From: a virus
Taxonomy: Duplodnaviria > Caudoviricetes
IMG/VR virus record: IMGVR_UViG_3300005259_000074
Coordinates: 96,001 to 160,000 of that record
DNA: 64,000 nt
Strand: one strand, 5' to 3'
Under the pieces are notes generated by a model. That model did not search any database. It worked only from the letters and a program-made list of their open reading frames with translations, and was not told the DNA's origin. Each line of letters starts with the position of its first letter. Within the stretch, counting starts at the first letter, position 1. Of the stretch, positions 9,091-19,400 are shown in pieces. A program made the position numbers and the translations under genes.

Positions 9091-9291
9091 TCAGCAGGGT
9101 TTGACGCCCTTCAAGCTCTTGGCTATCTTAGAGCACTCGGGACACGTCGGCTTTCCTCCTGCAGACTCCCACCCGAAGTCGTCTACCGAGTTCCACTTGT
9201 GGCCGCACACGGTGTAGTCGTCCCACGCTTCGTTGACGACGTGCACTATCCCATCAGCGGGGTTCTTGATCAACTTCAGTTTGCTCTTCAC
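9091..9291 (-). CDS. small Zn-finger-like protein
   Basis: H..TVCG...PTCPECSKI. Confidence 0.6.
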   Translation of the reverse strand: MKSKLKLIKNPADGIVHVVNEAWDDYTVCGHKWNSVDDFGWESAGGKPTCPECSKIAKSLKGVKPC

Positions 9292-9310
9292 GTGTAAAGA
9301 CCCCTTATGT

Positions 9311-9604
9311 TTACTCTATTCTTTTCACTCTGTCTACCGAGATGGGCACAAAGACTGAGAACTGCCAACACACCATTCCTTCAGGTGGGTCAAACCCATA
9401 GTTATCTACATGGCTCCCTATTCCCTTTGGCTCGTACTCGACCTCTAGCAGCACTACTCCGAAGCTCTTAGGGAAGGGCTCCGGACTTAGGTAGGTATAT
9501 CTGTATGACGTATGCCCTCTCCTAGGAGTTGGTATTCCCCATAGCACACCCTCGGCTTGTATCTTCTTCCAATTCTCTTCTGTCGTGCGGTGGTAGAACT
9601 TCAT
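9311..9604 (-). CDS. small ADP-ribosyltransferase/Tpt1(KptA)-like fold protein
   Basis: FYHRTT..NW..I..EGV ... R ... YTYLS ... LLEVE pattern recalls YHGT..I..GL..VxLS of the ART/KptA fold. Confidence 0.45.
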   Translation of the reverse strand: MKFYHRTTEENWKKIQAEGVLWGIPTPRRGHTSYRYTYLSPEPFPKSFGVVLLEVEYEPKGIGSHVDNYGFDPPEGMVCWQFSVFVPISVDRVKRIE

Positions 9605-10290
9605 GTTCTACCCTCTAGATAGTGCCTCTTGACGCTATCGTGCCCGGTGTGCAGTATGATCTCGTTCCCACACCCGATGTCTTTCTCGCACACGCAGAAC
9701 TGCGGAGGAAGCGTGTAAGCAGCGAACTCAGTGTTCCACATAGCCCTCCACATAGCAGTTGGCCCTCTCACCGGAGTATTCTCCATGATGGTAAGATACT
9801 CTTCGAGGACTCTTCTAGATTGGTCGTGACAAGTGTTGAATGCTATCGGTGACATGTTCACTGCGTAGCCGCACCCCATCGCTTCTAACAGACCGTCGGA
9901 GTCGGCGCCGACCGTGTTGTCGACCGACACTAAGTGCCTAGCGTTAGCTGGGACTAGCAGGCCGAACTGCTCTGCTAAGTACAGCAGCGATCTGACTCTC
10001 ACCGCATCTACTACTAGCATGTCTGTGTCTACTGCGATCGCTACGTCAGCTTTAGACTCCGCGAGTCCTTTGACTTTGTAGTAGTCGTTGCACCGCCAGC
10101 CGTACCTGGGGTGAGCTCTGTCGTAAGGAGGAATGGCCGTCTTGACGTTGAACTCGGGAGGTCCGTCTCCGAAGTCGTCGGTGTACAGCGTCCAAGACGC
10201 TTCCGGAAAAGCGCTCTTGAAGCTGCTGAAAGACGGTTCGAACGAAGTTGCCCTCCCTCCGAACTGAGCCATCACGAACTCGACTCTCAC
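9601..10290 (-). CDS. GT-A-like glycosyltransferase
   Basis: AIAVDTDML (DxD), WRCNDYYKV, C-terminal ILHTGH; coupled to the neighbouring GTs. Confidence 0.6.
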   Translation of the reverse strand: MRVEFVMAQFGGRATSFEPSFSSFKSAFPEASWTLYTDDFGDGPPEFNVKTAIPPYDRAHPRYGWRCNDYYKVKGLAESKADVAIAVDTDMLVVDAVRVRSLLYLAEQFGLLVPANARHLVSVDNTVGADSDGLLEAMGCGYAVNMSPIAFNTCHDQSRRVLEEYLTIMENTPVRGPTAMWRAMWNTEFAAYTLPPQFCVCEKDIGCGNEIILHTGHDSVKRHYLEGRT

Positions 10291-11048
10291 GCGTTCACCA
10301 CTTCTTTCAGTCTTCCCTTGTAGTGTAAGACTATCACGTCCGGGTCGTTCACCGCTCTGCGGATCTCCATCGAAGCCCTGTCGAAGCTCTGTGGGTCGCG
10401 CTGCTCGACCGATGGGCAGTAGTTGTACCCAGGTCCCAGGTCAGCTAGAGATATGTCGCCTGGCGTCTTCCCAGTCTTGACGTAGTCCTCCCATACTGCG
10501 CAGAAGAAGTCTTGCTCGGAGAACCACTCTAAGTGCAGAGGGTGGTTGAACTTGCGGCGGAACTTGACGTAGGGCTCCCACGTGGGGGTCTTCATCTGCT
10601 CTAGGTAGAACTTTAAGAAATCGCGAGTCTTAGCGTTCCACCTGAACGCCTCAAAACCGGTGTTTATGACGTACCAGTACTTGTAGTGGCGAGTCGTGAC
10701 AGCCCAGTCGAAGTCCATCTTGAAGCAAGAAGTGACGTCTCTCTTCGCTATCATGTCTGTGTCCATCGTCACAACGCGGTCTCCGACTTTAAGATCGAGA
10801 TCGCTGAGGGTGGATATCTTATCATAAGTCGGGAACTCCGACTTCTCGTAGTGCTTCCACGTCATCATACCCGGGTAGTTCTCGGATATCTCGGCGGCGA
10901 ACTCACCTCTGGAGTCGTCCCAAGCTTCTCCTGCCGCGTGGAACACCATCGTCACGTCTTTCGGCACGTTAGACAGCACGGACCTGACCATCGACTTAGT
11001 CATCGAGTCTATCTTCTTGTCGAATATGCAGTGTACTAACGTCTTCAT
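10287..11048 (-). CDS. GT-A nucleotide-diphospho-sugar transferase (GT8/GT77-like)
   Basis: VVTMDTDMI, INTGF, EQDFF, YNYCP, VLHYKG. Confidence 0.8.
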   Translation of the reverse strand: MKTLVHCIFDKKIDSMTKSMVRSVLSNVPKDVTMVFHAAGEAWDDSRGEFAAEISENYPGMMTWKHYEKSEFPTYDKISTLSDLDLKVGDRVVTMDTDMIAKRDVTSCFKMDFDWAVTTRHYKYWYVINTGFEAFRWNAKTRDFLKFYLEQMKTPTWEPYVKFRRKFNHPLHLEWFSEQDFFCAVWEDYVKTGKTPGDISLADLGPGYNYCPSVEQRDPQSFDRASMEIRRAVNDPDVIVLHYKGRLKEVVNA

Positions 11049-11935
11049 TTCTTTCCGTTCATCGTCGTCTCGAACATGTATTTAAACGATTCGACTTTGA
11101 CGTCCCACGACCAGCTCACCATCTTAGCGCTGACTTGTCTGCCGATGAACTCCCTGCGGGAGGAGTCGTCCATCTTCAGGTCGGCCAGCACATCTGCGAA
11201 AGCCTTGGCGTCTCTGTCGACTAAGAACTCTTCACTGACCATCTCGGCGGCAGCTCCGACTCGCGTCGACACTACCGGAGTCCCGCACGCCATCGCCTCC
11301 ATCGTCGGGTTGTTCTGCCCCTCTGATGCGGAAGCTATGCACAGCACGTCCAGACTCCTGTAGAAATCGGCCATCTCGTCTCGAGACAGCTTCTCCGCGT
11401 ACTTCAGCTCACAACCGGCTACTTCACATGCGCGCTTGACGACGTCGAATCCCTTGTCCCCACCTGATCTGGGGTTTCCCGCGACTCCGACTACCAGGCC
11501 GGAGTCTCTCCAGATGCGTTCTCCGACGTTGAATACCCTTAAGTCTATCCCGTGTTGGACGAGTAACACGCTGGGATCGACTTTTGCGAACTCGTCTTGG
11601 TGAGCTCTACACACCACGTGGAACACAGATGCTCGGTCTTTTACGTATCTGGCATAGTGTTTGTCGGCACCTTCGTTCTTCCAGGAGAACTCGCACCTTA
11701 TCCCAACGCACGTCTTGTCTCGTGGGACCGGTGGATTCCTCTCGAAGAGCCTAGTGTCCATCACGTAGACGCAGTCGAAAGCATCGTAGAACTTGGGATC
11801 TTTAGGAAATCCTATGTCTCTGTAAACGCACTGAGTCTCGTATTCCGGAGTCAACCGCTTCGATATCTCCCTCCTGTGGGAGTCGAACACCCAAGACGGT
11901 GTGTCAGCTAGGAACAAGAGTTTCTTCACACTCAC
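11045..11935 (-). CDS. GT4 family glycosyltransferase
   Basis: DVLCIASASEGQNNPTMEAMACGTPVVSTRVG (EX7E). Confidence 0.9.
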   Translation of the reverse strand: MSVKKLLFLADTPSWVFDSHRREISKRLTPEYETQCVYRDIGFPKDPKFYDAFDCVYVMDTRLFERNPPVPRDKTCVGIRCEFSWKNEGADKHYARYVKDRASVFHVVCRAHQDEFAKVDPSVLLVQHGIDLRVFNVGERIWRDSGLVVGVAGNPRSGGDKGFDVVKRACEVAGCELKYAEKLSRDEMADFYRSLDVLCIASASEGQNNPTMEAMACGTPVVSTRVGAAAEMVSEEFLVDRDAKAFADVLADLKMDDSSRREFIGRQVSAKMVSWSWDVKVESFKYMFETTMNGKK

Positions 11936-12357
11936 CTCAACTTCAGCTCTGCCATCTTCAACTCAGTCAGGTCTTCGAACTGGTCTGCTTCTGCTTCCAG
12001 AGCTCTCCCGAAGAGTGGGAGTCTGCGCAAAGAGTACTTGAAGAAGCCCATGCGCTTCAGCTGGAGCATGTGAGTCATCTCGTGGATGAGGACCTTCACC
12101 ATCATGCCTCGTTGACCTCGGAAGTCTGCTAAGAAGATAGTGTCAGGTTGGCTCGCGCAGAAACAGCCCAGAGTTGCGCCGTCGTCAGCCATGTGCGGGC
12201 ACCAGTACACGTCGATGGCCGCTATGTCTATCTCAGCATGGTCTCTGAACCTCGAGTCTGACGCGAACACCGCTGAGCAAGTCCTGGTGAAGTATCCTAG
12301 TTCTTCGATGTCTATGTGGTATGCGCCTCTGGTGTAGAAGTACGAGGGGAAGATCAC
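11932..12357 (-). CDS. HExxH zincin-like metalloprotein
   Basis: LIHEMTHMLQ followed by a downstream LEAEA third-ligand motif. Confidence 0.65.
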   Translation of the reverse strand: MIFPSYFYTRGAYHIDIEELGYFTRTCSAVFASDSRFRDHAEIDIAAIDVYWCPHMADDGATLGCFCASQPDTIFLADFRGQRGMMVKVLIHEMTHMLQLKRMGFFKYSLRRLPLFGRALEAEADQFEDLTELKMAELKLR

Positions 12358-13634
12358 TTCTTGCTCCCGTTGACCGAGAACTTCTTCGGCAGCTTATTGT
12401 TCCACGCTGAGAACGTGGTCCTGTCGACGACTTTGACTGTGTTCTTCGGCGTGATTATCACGAAACCCTCTCCTGGAGTAGGTTCTAGTGTGCCATCAGG
12501 TGTCCTGATGAACGTCTTCCAATCGCCGGCTCTTGTGTTGGCCAGCGCTCTGTGTATGGTGTTCTTCATCTGTATCATCTTATAGTACACGTCGAACAGG
12601 TTTCTGAACGACTCCCTGTGGCTCTCTACGACACCTACCCACTTGTCGAGTTTCTCCATCTTCGAGAGTTTGACTTTCTCAGTCTTCACTTTATCAGCTT
12701 CTCGTTTCCAGTAAGTGGTGAAAGCTGCGACTAGCTCTGAGCACAGTCCATCTGCGTCTATCGGTTCTCCCCTGAGAGCGGCTCCGAATATCCCCATGTC
12801 AGCTCTGTCTTTCAGCTGGGAGTTGGCGAACACCTTCATCCGTTCTGTGAACTCTGGCAGGGTATCTATCACTCTGTACAGCTTTTTGACAGTTTTCTCG
12901 TGTCGCGTAATGGTGTCAGCCGCGTGTCCTAACAGGACTCGATGCTCGGACATGTATGCGTCTCTGGCGTATATTTCAGGCACGTTATTGAGGCTCTCTA
13001 CTATGGCGCCGACGCCTCTGTCAGACTGTTTCCACACGATGTCGTCTTCCCAACCCATCTCCTCATCTTCTCCGTCGCATTCAACTTGCTCTATCTCCAA
13101 GTCGTAAGCGGTGTGCACAACTCCTCCGAGTCTGGAGTTCATAACCCTGTAGAAAGACGGGTCATCATAGGTGACGGCGTACGTTATGGTGTTGGGAGAG
13201 AACAAGATGTGTCCCACACCGTCAATCTTCTCGTAAGTCTTATCTTCCTCGGTGAACATCAAGTCCATCTGATAAGCTTCGCCTGGAGACAGCTTCAGTC
13301 TTCCCTTCAGTTGTTCGAACAGCGCTCTCACCTGTTTCCTAGGCCCCGTTGGGATTATCATCCTGTCAACGTCAGAGATCTTCTTTATCAGTCGACCAGA
13401 GCTCATTGCGGACTTAGTGCCGACGAAGAACTTCTCGTCTGTGGGGTCCACTCCAAATACCAGAGCTGGAGCGCCATCGTACTTTTGAGTTATGCGCACA
13501 CCATTCCATGTAGACAGTCTAGATGCGATATCAATAAATGCGCAGATGCCGGCGGCCCCGAGTTCTATCGCGAGGTCGTCGAGGTGGGACAAGTGAGTTA
13601 TCGCGGCTTTGCCGCTGGTGTCGGAGGCTCTCAT
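12354..13634 (-). CDS. ATP-dependent ligase-fold nucleotidyltransferase-like protein (DUF6267-like)
   Basis: THLSHLDD, ITQKYDGAP (KxDG), FFVGTKS, GEGFV, VKVVDR..FS..N. Confidence 0.7.
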   Translation of the reverse strand: MRASDTSGKAAITHLSHLDDLAIELGAAGICAFIDIASRLSTWNGVRITQKYDGAPALVFGVDPTDEKFFVGTKSAMSSGRLIKKISDVDRMIIPTGPRKQVRALFEQLKGRLKLSPGEAYQMDLMFTEEDKTYEKIDGVGHILFSPNTITYAVTYDDPSFYRVMNSRLGGVVHTAYDLEIEQVECDGEDEEMGWEDDIVWKQSDRGVGAIVESLNNVPEIYARDAYMSEHRVLLGHAADTITRHEKTVKKLYRVIDTLPEFTERMKVFANSQLKDRADMGIFGAALRGEPIDADGLCSELVAAFTTYWKREADKVKTEKVKLSKMEKLDKWVGVVESHRESFRNLFDVYYKMIQMKNTIHRALANTRAGDWKTFIRTPDGTLEPTPGEGFVIITPKNTVKVVDRTTFSAWNNKLPKKFSVNGSKK

Positions 13635-13645
13635 GACACGTCCTG

Positions 13646-15277
13646 TCAGCTGAGTTTTGCGAGTTCCTTGGTGAAGCCCTCAGATATCGACAAGTTCAGC
13701 GCGAAATTGCTAGACCCGATGGGTTTCTCCCTTATCTCGAGGTCGGCTATCTCGACAACTTTCTTATCGTTGCCCATAGAATACACTATGACTGGGCGGC
13801 CGAGCCTCCCCTTCGCTACTTTCAGGTGCTCTCTGATGTCGTTCATGTCGTCGGTGCCGAACATCTTCGCGCACGCTGCTTGGTCGAACACCTTGTCACC
13901 TATGATCATTGTCTCGCGTCCAGTGGCGACAGACTTGATGGGGAACTCGTCTCTGACGCTGTCTAGTAGACCAGTGACCATCTGGTGGTTGCTCATTATC
14001 GCCTTCGTCGCAGCTTCTTGGAACAACCGCCTGTCGTTGATCACGTCTTTGACCACGGCTCGGGCTTCAGGTGTCTTGAGTTTCGCAGCTACGCTGAGCA
14101 GCGCGGCGCTGTCTTTAGCGGATATGGCGATCACTTTGGACTCGTCGTTCTTGCTCTTCAAGCTGTCCAGCAGCTCCAAGTCAGCTTTGTTCTTTATCTT
14201 CTTCTCGACCGCAGCTGCTATCTCGGGAGTCGAGAACAAGTTAGCCAGCTTCTTGTTCAGCTTGCTCTTGTACGCGACTTTGTTGATCTCCTCTGGCTCT
14301 CCGCCGTGGGGGAAGACCCCTTTGACGAGCGTGTCGAACCAGCCGTTCTTGAAGTTCGTGTAGTCGTCTTTCTTCAGAGACACTTCGTGCACTTCTACGA
14401 GGCCGTCTTTGTCGACAGTCTTGATGAAAGCGTCAGTAGAGCTCTCGGCGTCATCGTAGTCCATGCCCAGTGCGTTGACGTCTTCTCTGGCGTCCCAAGC
14501 CGCTGCGACGATCTCTTTGCCCTTGAAAGCTTTGAGCACCGCTCTCCGGTTCTTCTCCGCAGCGTCCACCCAGGACTCGTCAATAGCACACTCCTGACCA
14601 GAGGTGGTCATCTCTTTCACTCGGGCCTTAATGTCGTGGAAGAACTTCTTAGCACGCGGAGCGTCCATAGTGCACGACATTAACGACATCAGCTCTCCAG
14701 TCCTCGACTTGAGAGAACCAGCTCCGGTGTCAGTCTTCTCGGTATAGAAACTCATGCTCTTGTGGCGTTTGTCGCTCTTGAGGTCGGTGTTCAGCATCCT
14801 ATCTATGATCTGATCGTACTTCTTCGGGTACTTTCCACCGCTGTCTGGACCATCTAAGCGGAACCTCTTGAAGTTAGATAGCACTTCTCGTCTCGTGTAG
14901 AACTTTTTGTCGTCGTGGTCGCGGAGGTCTTCTTTGAAAGCTTTCTCACCCTCGTGTCCAGTCGGAGACTGTGTGACCTGCTTCTTCGGCTTCAGCTGTC
15001 GAGCAGGAGACGTCACGACGAAGCCGTCTTCGTGGTCTGACGTAGCCAGCACGTCGTTAGCTCTGGACTTAGACGGAGGTCGTTCTTTCGCTACTTTATT
15101 GAGTTCTTTTAACGTGGGACGATCTTTATCCGTAACTTTCTTGAATTTTCCATCAACTTTCCTGTAGAGAGCGATGCCTTCTTCTTTGCCGTACCATCCG
15201 CCGCCTAAGTGGTGAGTGCCCTCCGGACCAGTGTCTAGCACTGTCTCAGCTAAGTACAACAAATAGTTAAACTTCAC
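13646..15277 (-). CDS. GPxGTH-module protein with PD-(D/E)XK-like domain
   Basis: N-terminal GPEGTHHLGGGWYG...YRKVDGKF; then RTGELM ... SSTDAFI ... EVSLKKD. Confidence 0.6.
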   Translation of the reverse strand: MKFNYLLYLAETVLDTGPEGTHHLGGGWYGKEEGIALYRKVDGKFKKVTDKDRPTLKELNKVAKERPPSKSRANDVLATSDHEDGFVVTSPARQLKPKKQVTQSPTGHEGEKAFKEDLRDHDDKKFYTRREVLSNFKRFRLDGPDSGGKYPKKYDQIIDRMLNTDLKSDKRHKSMSFYTEKTDTGAGSLKSRTGELMSLMSCTMDAPRAKKFFHDIKARVKEMTTSGQECAIDESWVDAAEKNRRAVLKAFKGKEIVAAAWDAREDVNALGMDYDDAESSTDAFIKTVDKDGLVEVHEVSLKKDDYTNFKNGWFDTLVKGVFPHGGEPEEINKVAYKSKLNKKLANLFSTPEIAAAVEKKIKNKADLELLDSLKSKNDESKVIAISAKDSAALLSVAAKLKTPEARAVVKDVINDRRLFQEAATKAIMSNHQMVTGLLDSVRDEFPIKSVATGRETMIIGDKVFDQAACAKMFGTDDMNDIREHLKVAKGRLGRPVIVYSMGNDKKVVEIADLEIREKPIGSSNFALNLSISEGFTKELAKLS

Positions 15278-16296
15278 AGTATCTCTCCGTTCATGATGTT
15301 ACCACTCAGGTCTCCGCTCAGAGTCTCCAAGTAGAAGTCGTAGTAATCTAGCGTCGACATGCCCTTTGGAAAATACCCCGTGTCATTCACCAGAAGGAGG
15401 TCTCCATCAGTGGTCGTCAAGAACTGCGGATCGCCTGAGAGGGGGGCAGGCCCTGACACCAGACCTGAGACGGTCCCTGACACGTCACTCCAATATCCCG
15501 AGAGGCCGGCGGATATCGGGAGGAAGTCCCACGCGTCTAACTTTATGAGGCCGCATATGATTGCTCCCTCATACTGGGAGAACGTTGTGGTCATAGGCAC
15601 TGTGTACCAGCGGTCCAGCATGTAGTTCTCTCCGACGGTCAGTAAACCAGGAGCGAAGTTGATGCGCTTTATTAGTGGTGTCGAGTCTCCGAGAGCGTCT
15701 GGGTCTGCTCCCATCCCTGGAAATATCCAAGTCTTATATGTGAACTGGGTGTTGGCGATTATCCTGTAAGGGTCGTTCTCGGTGACCTCTTCTGGCCAGT
15801 CCACTTGTAAGTCTCCGTCCCACACCACTTGGGACTTGATGTTCTTAGTCGGTTGCTTGGGGTGTGGCCAGACCACGTAGAAGTCTGGGTTGCAGAAAGG
15901 TATGAAGTTCGACACTATCTGGTCGAGATCGCTGTGGGTCTTAGTCACTATCGAGAGTGTGAAACCTATGTTCATCGGTACTGGAGAGTTCTTTATCAGC
16001 TGTGGGAGGCCGTCTGACGTCCCCTGGTAACGCAGCCTCTGCTGTAAGTCGTATGCCCGGGTGTTGTCTCTGGTCATGGAGTTCACCGAGAGCGTGATCA
16101 GCGGTATCTTCAGCGTCTTATCTCTGTTCTCTAGTGACTTGAGGACGCGGTCGCGCTGGCCGAACACACACGGGACCTTTATCAGCTCTTGCACGACGTT
16201 CTTGTTGTCGCGGCGGTCTATCACTATCGACGAGAAGACGTCTAACAGCTGAGCGGTGCTGGTCCTAAACTCTGCATTGTAAGAGCGGTACTTCAT
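15274..16296 (-). CDS. gp15: tail sheath stabilizer/completion protein (T4 gp15-like) with SG-rich C-terminal extension
   Basis: F..IVIDR...IKVPCVFGQRDRV...IPLITL......D..R...PVPMNIGFTLSI.TK...DLDQI..NFIPF.NP. Confidence 0.85.
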   Translation of the reverse strand: MKYRSYNAEFRTSTAQLLDVFSSIVIDRRDNKNVVQELIKVPCVFGQRDRVLKSLENRDKTLKIPLITLSVNSMTRDNTRAYDLQQRLRYQGTSDGLPQLIKNSPVPMNIGFTLSIVTKTHSDLDQIVSNFIPFCNPDFYVVWPHPKQPTKNIKSQVVWDGDLQVDWPEEVTENDPYRIIANTQFTYKTWIFPGMGADPDALGDSTPLIKRINFAPGLLTVGENYMLDRWYTVPMTTTFSQYEGAIICGLIKLDAWDFLPISAGLSGYWSDVSGTVSGLVSGPAPLSGDPQFLTTTDGDLLLVNDTGYFPKGMSTLDYYDFYLETLSGDLSGNIMNGEIL

Positions 16297-16321
16297 TTGG
16301 AAAACTCCGGAAGTTGCTCTC

Positions 16322-16357
16322 TATTTATGGCGCATTGGCGCCCAACGCGTGTAAATA
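16322..16357. promoter_or_regulatory. back-to-back divergent late promoters (CATAAATA minus 16322-16329; TGTAAATA plus 16350-16357)
   Basis: Located exactly at the strand switch between gp15 and the portal gene. Confidence 0.65.
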
Positions 16358-16428
16358 CTAACGGCCGAGTTGGCCTATCGTGCAACAGTGTCAGTGACAT
16401 AGAGTTCAAATTAAGAGGAAACGACTGC

Positions 16429-19400
16429 ATGGCTATCATAGGTACCTGGACCTCGAACAACACCCAGCTGTTCGGCGGCATAAAGCGGTTCTCTCACGCG
16501 CAAGCGGAAGCCGGCAACTACAAGCTTCCAGTCTTTGACGAAGTGAAGAGAGACTCCGACGTAGTCTCAGACATGAGCGTTATTGACAAGTACTTCAAGA
16601 ACATGCAGGAGCGAGAGACGTCTGGCGCTTACTGGGATTCTACTTCGTTCGGAAAGTTCTTGTACGCTTCGATCTCGACCAACAAACCAACTAGAGTTGG
16701 CAGCTATCGCCGCATGGCGATGTTCCCGGAGGTCGGAGACGCTATCGACGAGATCTGCGACAACGCGATGGCGTTCGATGAAAACAATAAGATAGTCGCG
16801 TTTAAGCTCAACCGTAAGTTCGACGCCGCGGCCGAGAAGGAGATCAACGCCGCTGCCGAAGAGTACTTGAACTTGTTCAACTTCGAGTCTAACATGTTCG
16901 AGATCATGCGGCAGCTCGTAGTAGAGGGCGAAGTCTGCTGGGAGAACATCATATCCAAAGACCACCCGGACGCGGGCGTCATCGGCATCAACCCCATCCC
17001 ATGCGAGACTTATGATTTCGCTATCGACACTAAAGCTAATAAAAAGACTGGAATAATCATCAACATAGCTTCCTCTGACCAGTCTGCCGACAACAAAGAG
17101 GGCACTGGCAAGAACAACAATAACAAGCGCGTTGTCGGCAACATGTCAGTTGAAACGCTGTCTAGCATAAACAACTTGAGCTCCTACGAGAAGATTAAGA
17201 ACGGTGAAGTGTGCTACATGCCGTTCGAACAGGTGACCTATGCCAACACCGGGCTCATATCTTTCGACGGTCTGATGGTGTACCCCGTGCTGGAGAGGGC
17301 TAGGAAGGCTTACAACCAGCTGTCACTCATCGAAGACTCCATAATCATATACCGTCTCGTCCGCGCTCCGGAGCGCTACGTGTTCAACGTGGACACGGGG
17401 ACTGCTTCTAGGTCTAGGGCCGAACAAGAGGTCCTCAAGATGATGAAGCGGTACAACACCAAGAAGGTGTACAACCCCTCGACGGGGACGACGACGAACG
17501 AGTACGATCCCTGCCTGCTTCTCGAGTGTCTTTCGATGAACACTGGAGTTCCTCTGCTCGACGGAAGAACTCTAACTATCTCTCAGATATCTGACGAAAT
17601 GAACGGTGGAAAGCAACTCTGGGCTTACAGCTTCGATCCTGAGACTGGTAAGTTCGCCCCAGGTAAGATCAGCTGGGCTGGAGTCACGAGAAAAGACGCT
17701 GAAGTGATGAAGATCACTTTCGACAACGACAAGACGATGACAGTCACGCCCGACCACAAGTTCCCGGTATGGGGCAAAGGCAAAGTCGAAGCTAAAGACC
17801 TCGTGATCGGCGACAGCATGATAGCGTTCAACAGGAAAAAAGAGAAGATCACCGCTGAGAAGAATGACTACGAAATGATATACGATCACGCTTCGCAGAA
17901 GTGGATATACACCCACCAGGCTGTCGCAGACTACTTCAAAGGCACGCTGTGTGAGCAATACGTATGGGACGAGGAGAATTTCTCCAAGAACAAGCGCTTC
18001 TCCGTCAGACACCACAAGAACTACGATAAGTCAATGAAAGCCGCGTGGAAGCGTTCGGACAGCATTCGATCTGCTCTCAAGAAGTACAACGATGAAAAAT
18101 GGGCTGATCCTAAGAATAGAGAAAGACTTTCGGCGTGGTACAGCTTCAAGCCTTCTAAGTTGATATTCGACCGCATCACTACCGCAATTGCCGATAAAAG
18201 ATTGGCGTTCATCGATGAAGTAGTAGAATTCTGCAATTCTGATGAGCTGTGCGCAGCTGAATACTCCAGGGTACACACAAGCGTCCACACCGTCGGCGAG
18301 AAGATCAGCAGACAGTACTTGATGATGCTCTCCAAGAATTTTGGATTCGACTCCTTCAGAAGCCTGATCAGAGAGTTCAATCCAACTGCGAAGTTCGTCA
18401 ACCAGAGGACGCTCGATCGTGCTAGACTTCAGAAAAAGTTCGTCTACACGCACGACATGCTCAAGATGCTGATAGACACCGTCAAGGCCAACAGAGACAT
18501 CAAGATGAAGGAATGCGCGGTCATCCTCAAAAATGATCAGCGGTTCATGGAATTGATGGATGAAGCCAACGGTGACAACTCGCAGTACAAGAGAGAAAAA
18601 TTCGGTTGGGGGCACGTGCAGAGCCTCGTTCACTCTTTTGGATACGAAGATTTCAGGTTGTTCCGCAAAGAACTTCAGAACCACAACCACCGCGTAGTGA
18701 AGATCGAGTACCTCTCTCAGAGAGAAGACACTGGCACGCTGGTCATCGACGGAGACAACGAGTTCCACGACTATCACACGTTCGCCACTGATGCTGGAGT
18801 TGCGACATGTAACAGTTTCTGGTTCAGCAAGCCCGCTGGAAGCACTGGAACCACTGTCGACACGTTGTCATCCAGCGTCAACCTCGGCGAGATGAAGGAC
18901 TTAGACTACTTCCTCAGGAAGTTGTACGTCTCTCTCAAGATACCCTACAACAGGTACGCACAGCCGGAGATCAACATCCAACGTGGCGAGCAGATCAACT
19001 ATGAAGAGTATCGCTTTGCGAAGTTCATCATGCGCTTACAGCAGTGCCTCGCAAAGGGCCTCGCCAATGGGCTCATATCTCACCTCCGCTTAAGAGGAGT
19101 CTGGGACCGCTTGAAGTTGCGCAACAGAGATTTCATCGTCCAGTTCACTCCTCCGACCTCGTTCGACATATACGAATCACAGAAGCGCCTCCAACTCATG
19201 ACGGAGCGCTACTCGCTGATGGCGCAGTACCAAGAGATGTCCAAGACTCTCCTCCAGAAGAAGTACCTCGGGTGGACCGAGATAGACGTCGAGGAGAACT
19301 GGCGCTTCCTAGAGGAAGAGCAAATAAAAGCAGCTAAGATCCGCTGGAAGACCATGCAGATAGAGCAGACGGGTAAGGTCGGAAAACCAGGCACAGACCC

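Noticed and set aside
9601-11935. GTs as T4-like hydroxymethylcytosine DNA glucosyltransferases
   Set aside because: The motifs fit GT4/GT8/GT9-type oligosaccharide enzymes, they lie in late units, and no dCMP hydroxymethylase is seen in the window; not fully excluded without nucleoside analysis.
12942-14363. 473-aa plus-strand ORF and many other long antisense ORFs (e.g. 484..975, 8444..9028, 37679..38536, 41828..42544, 62773..63450)
   Set aside because: They lie opposite well-supported genes, have no motifs or RBS, and are expected shadows of codon bias in a GC-balanced genome.
16297-16428. ORF-track N-terminal extension of the portal (likewise 19568, 21486, 28003, 39902, 53080)
   Set aside because: These overlap promoters or upstream genes; downstream ATGs have proper RBSs and give conserved starts.
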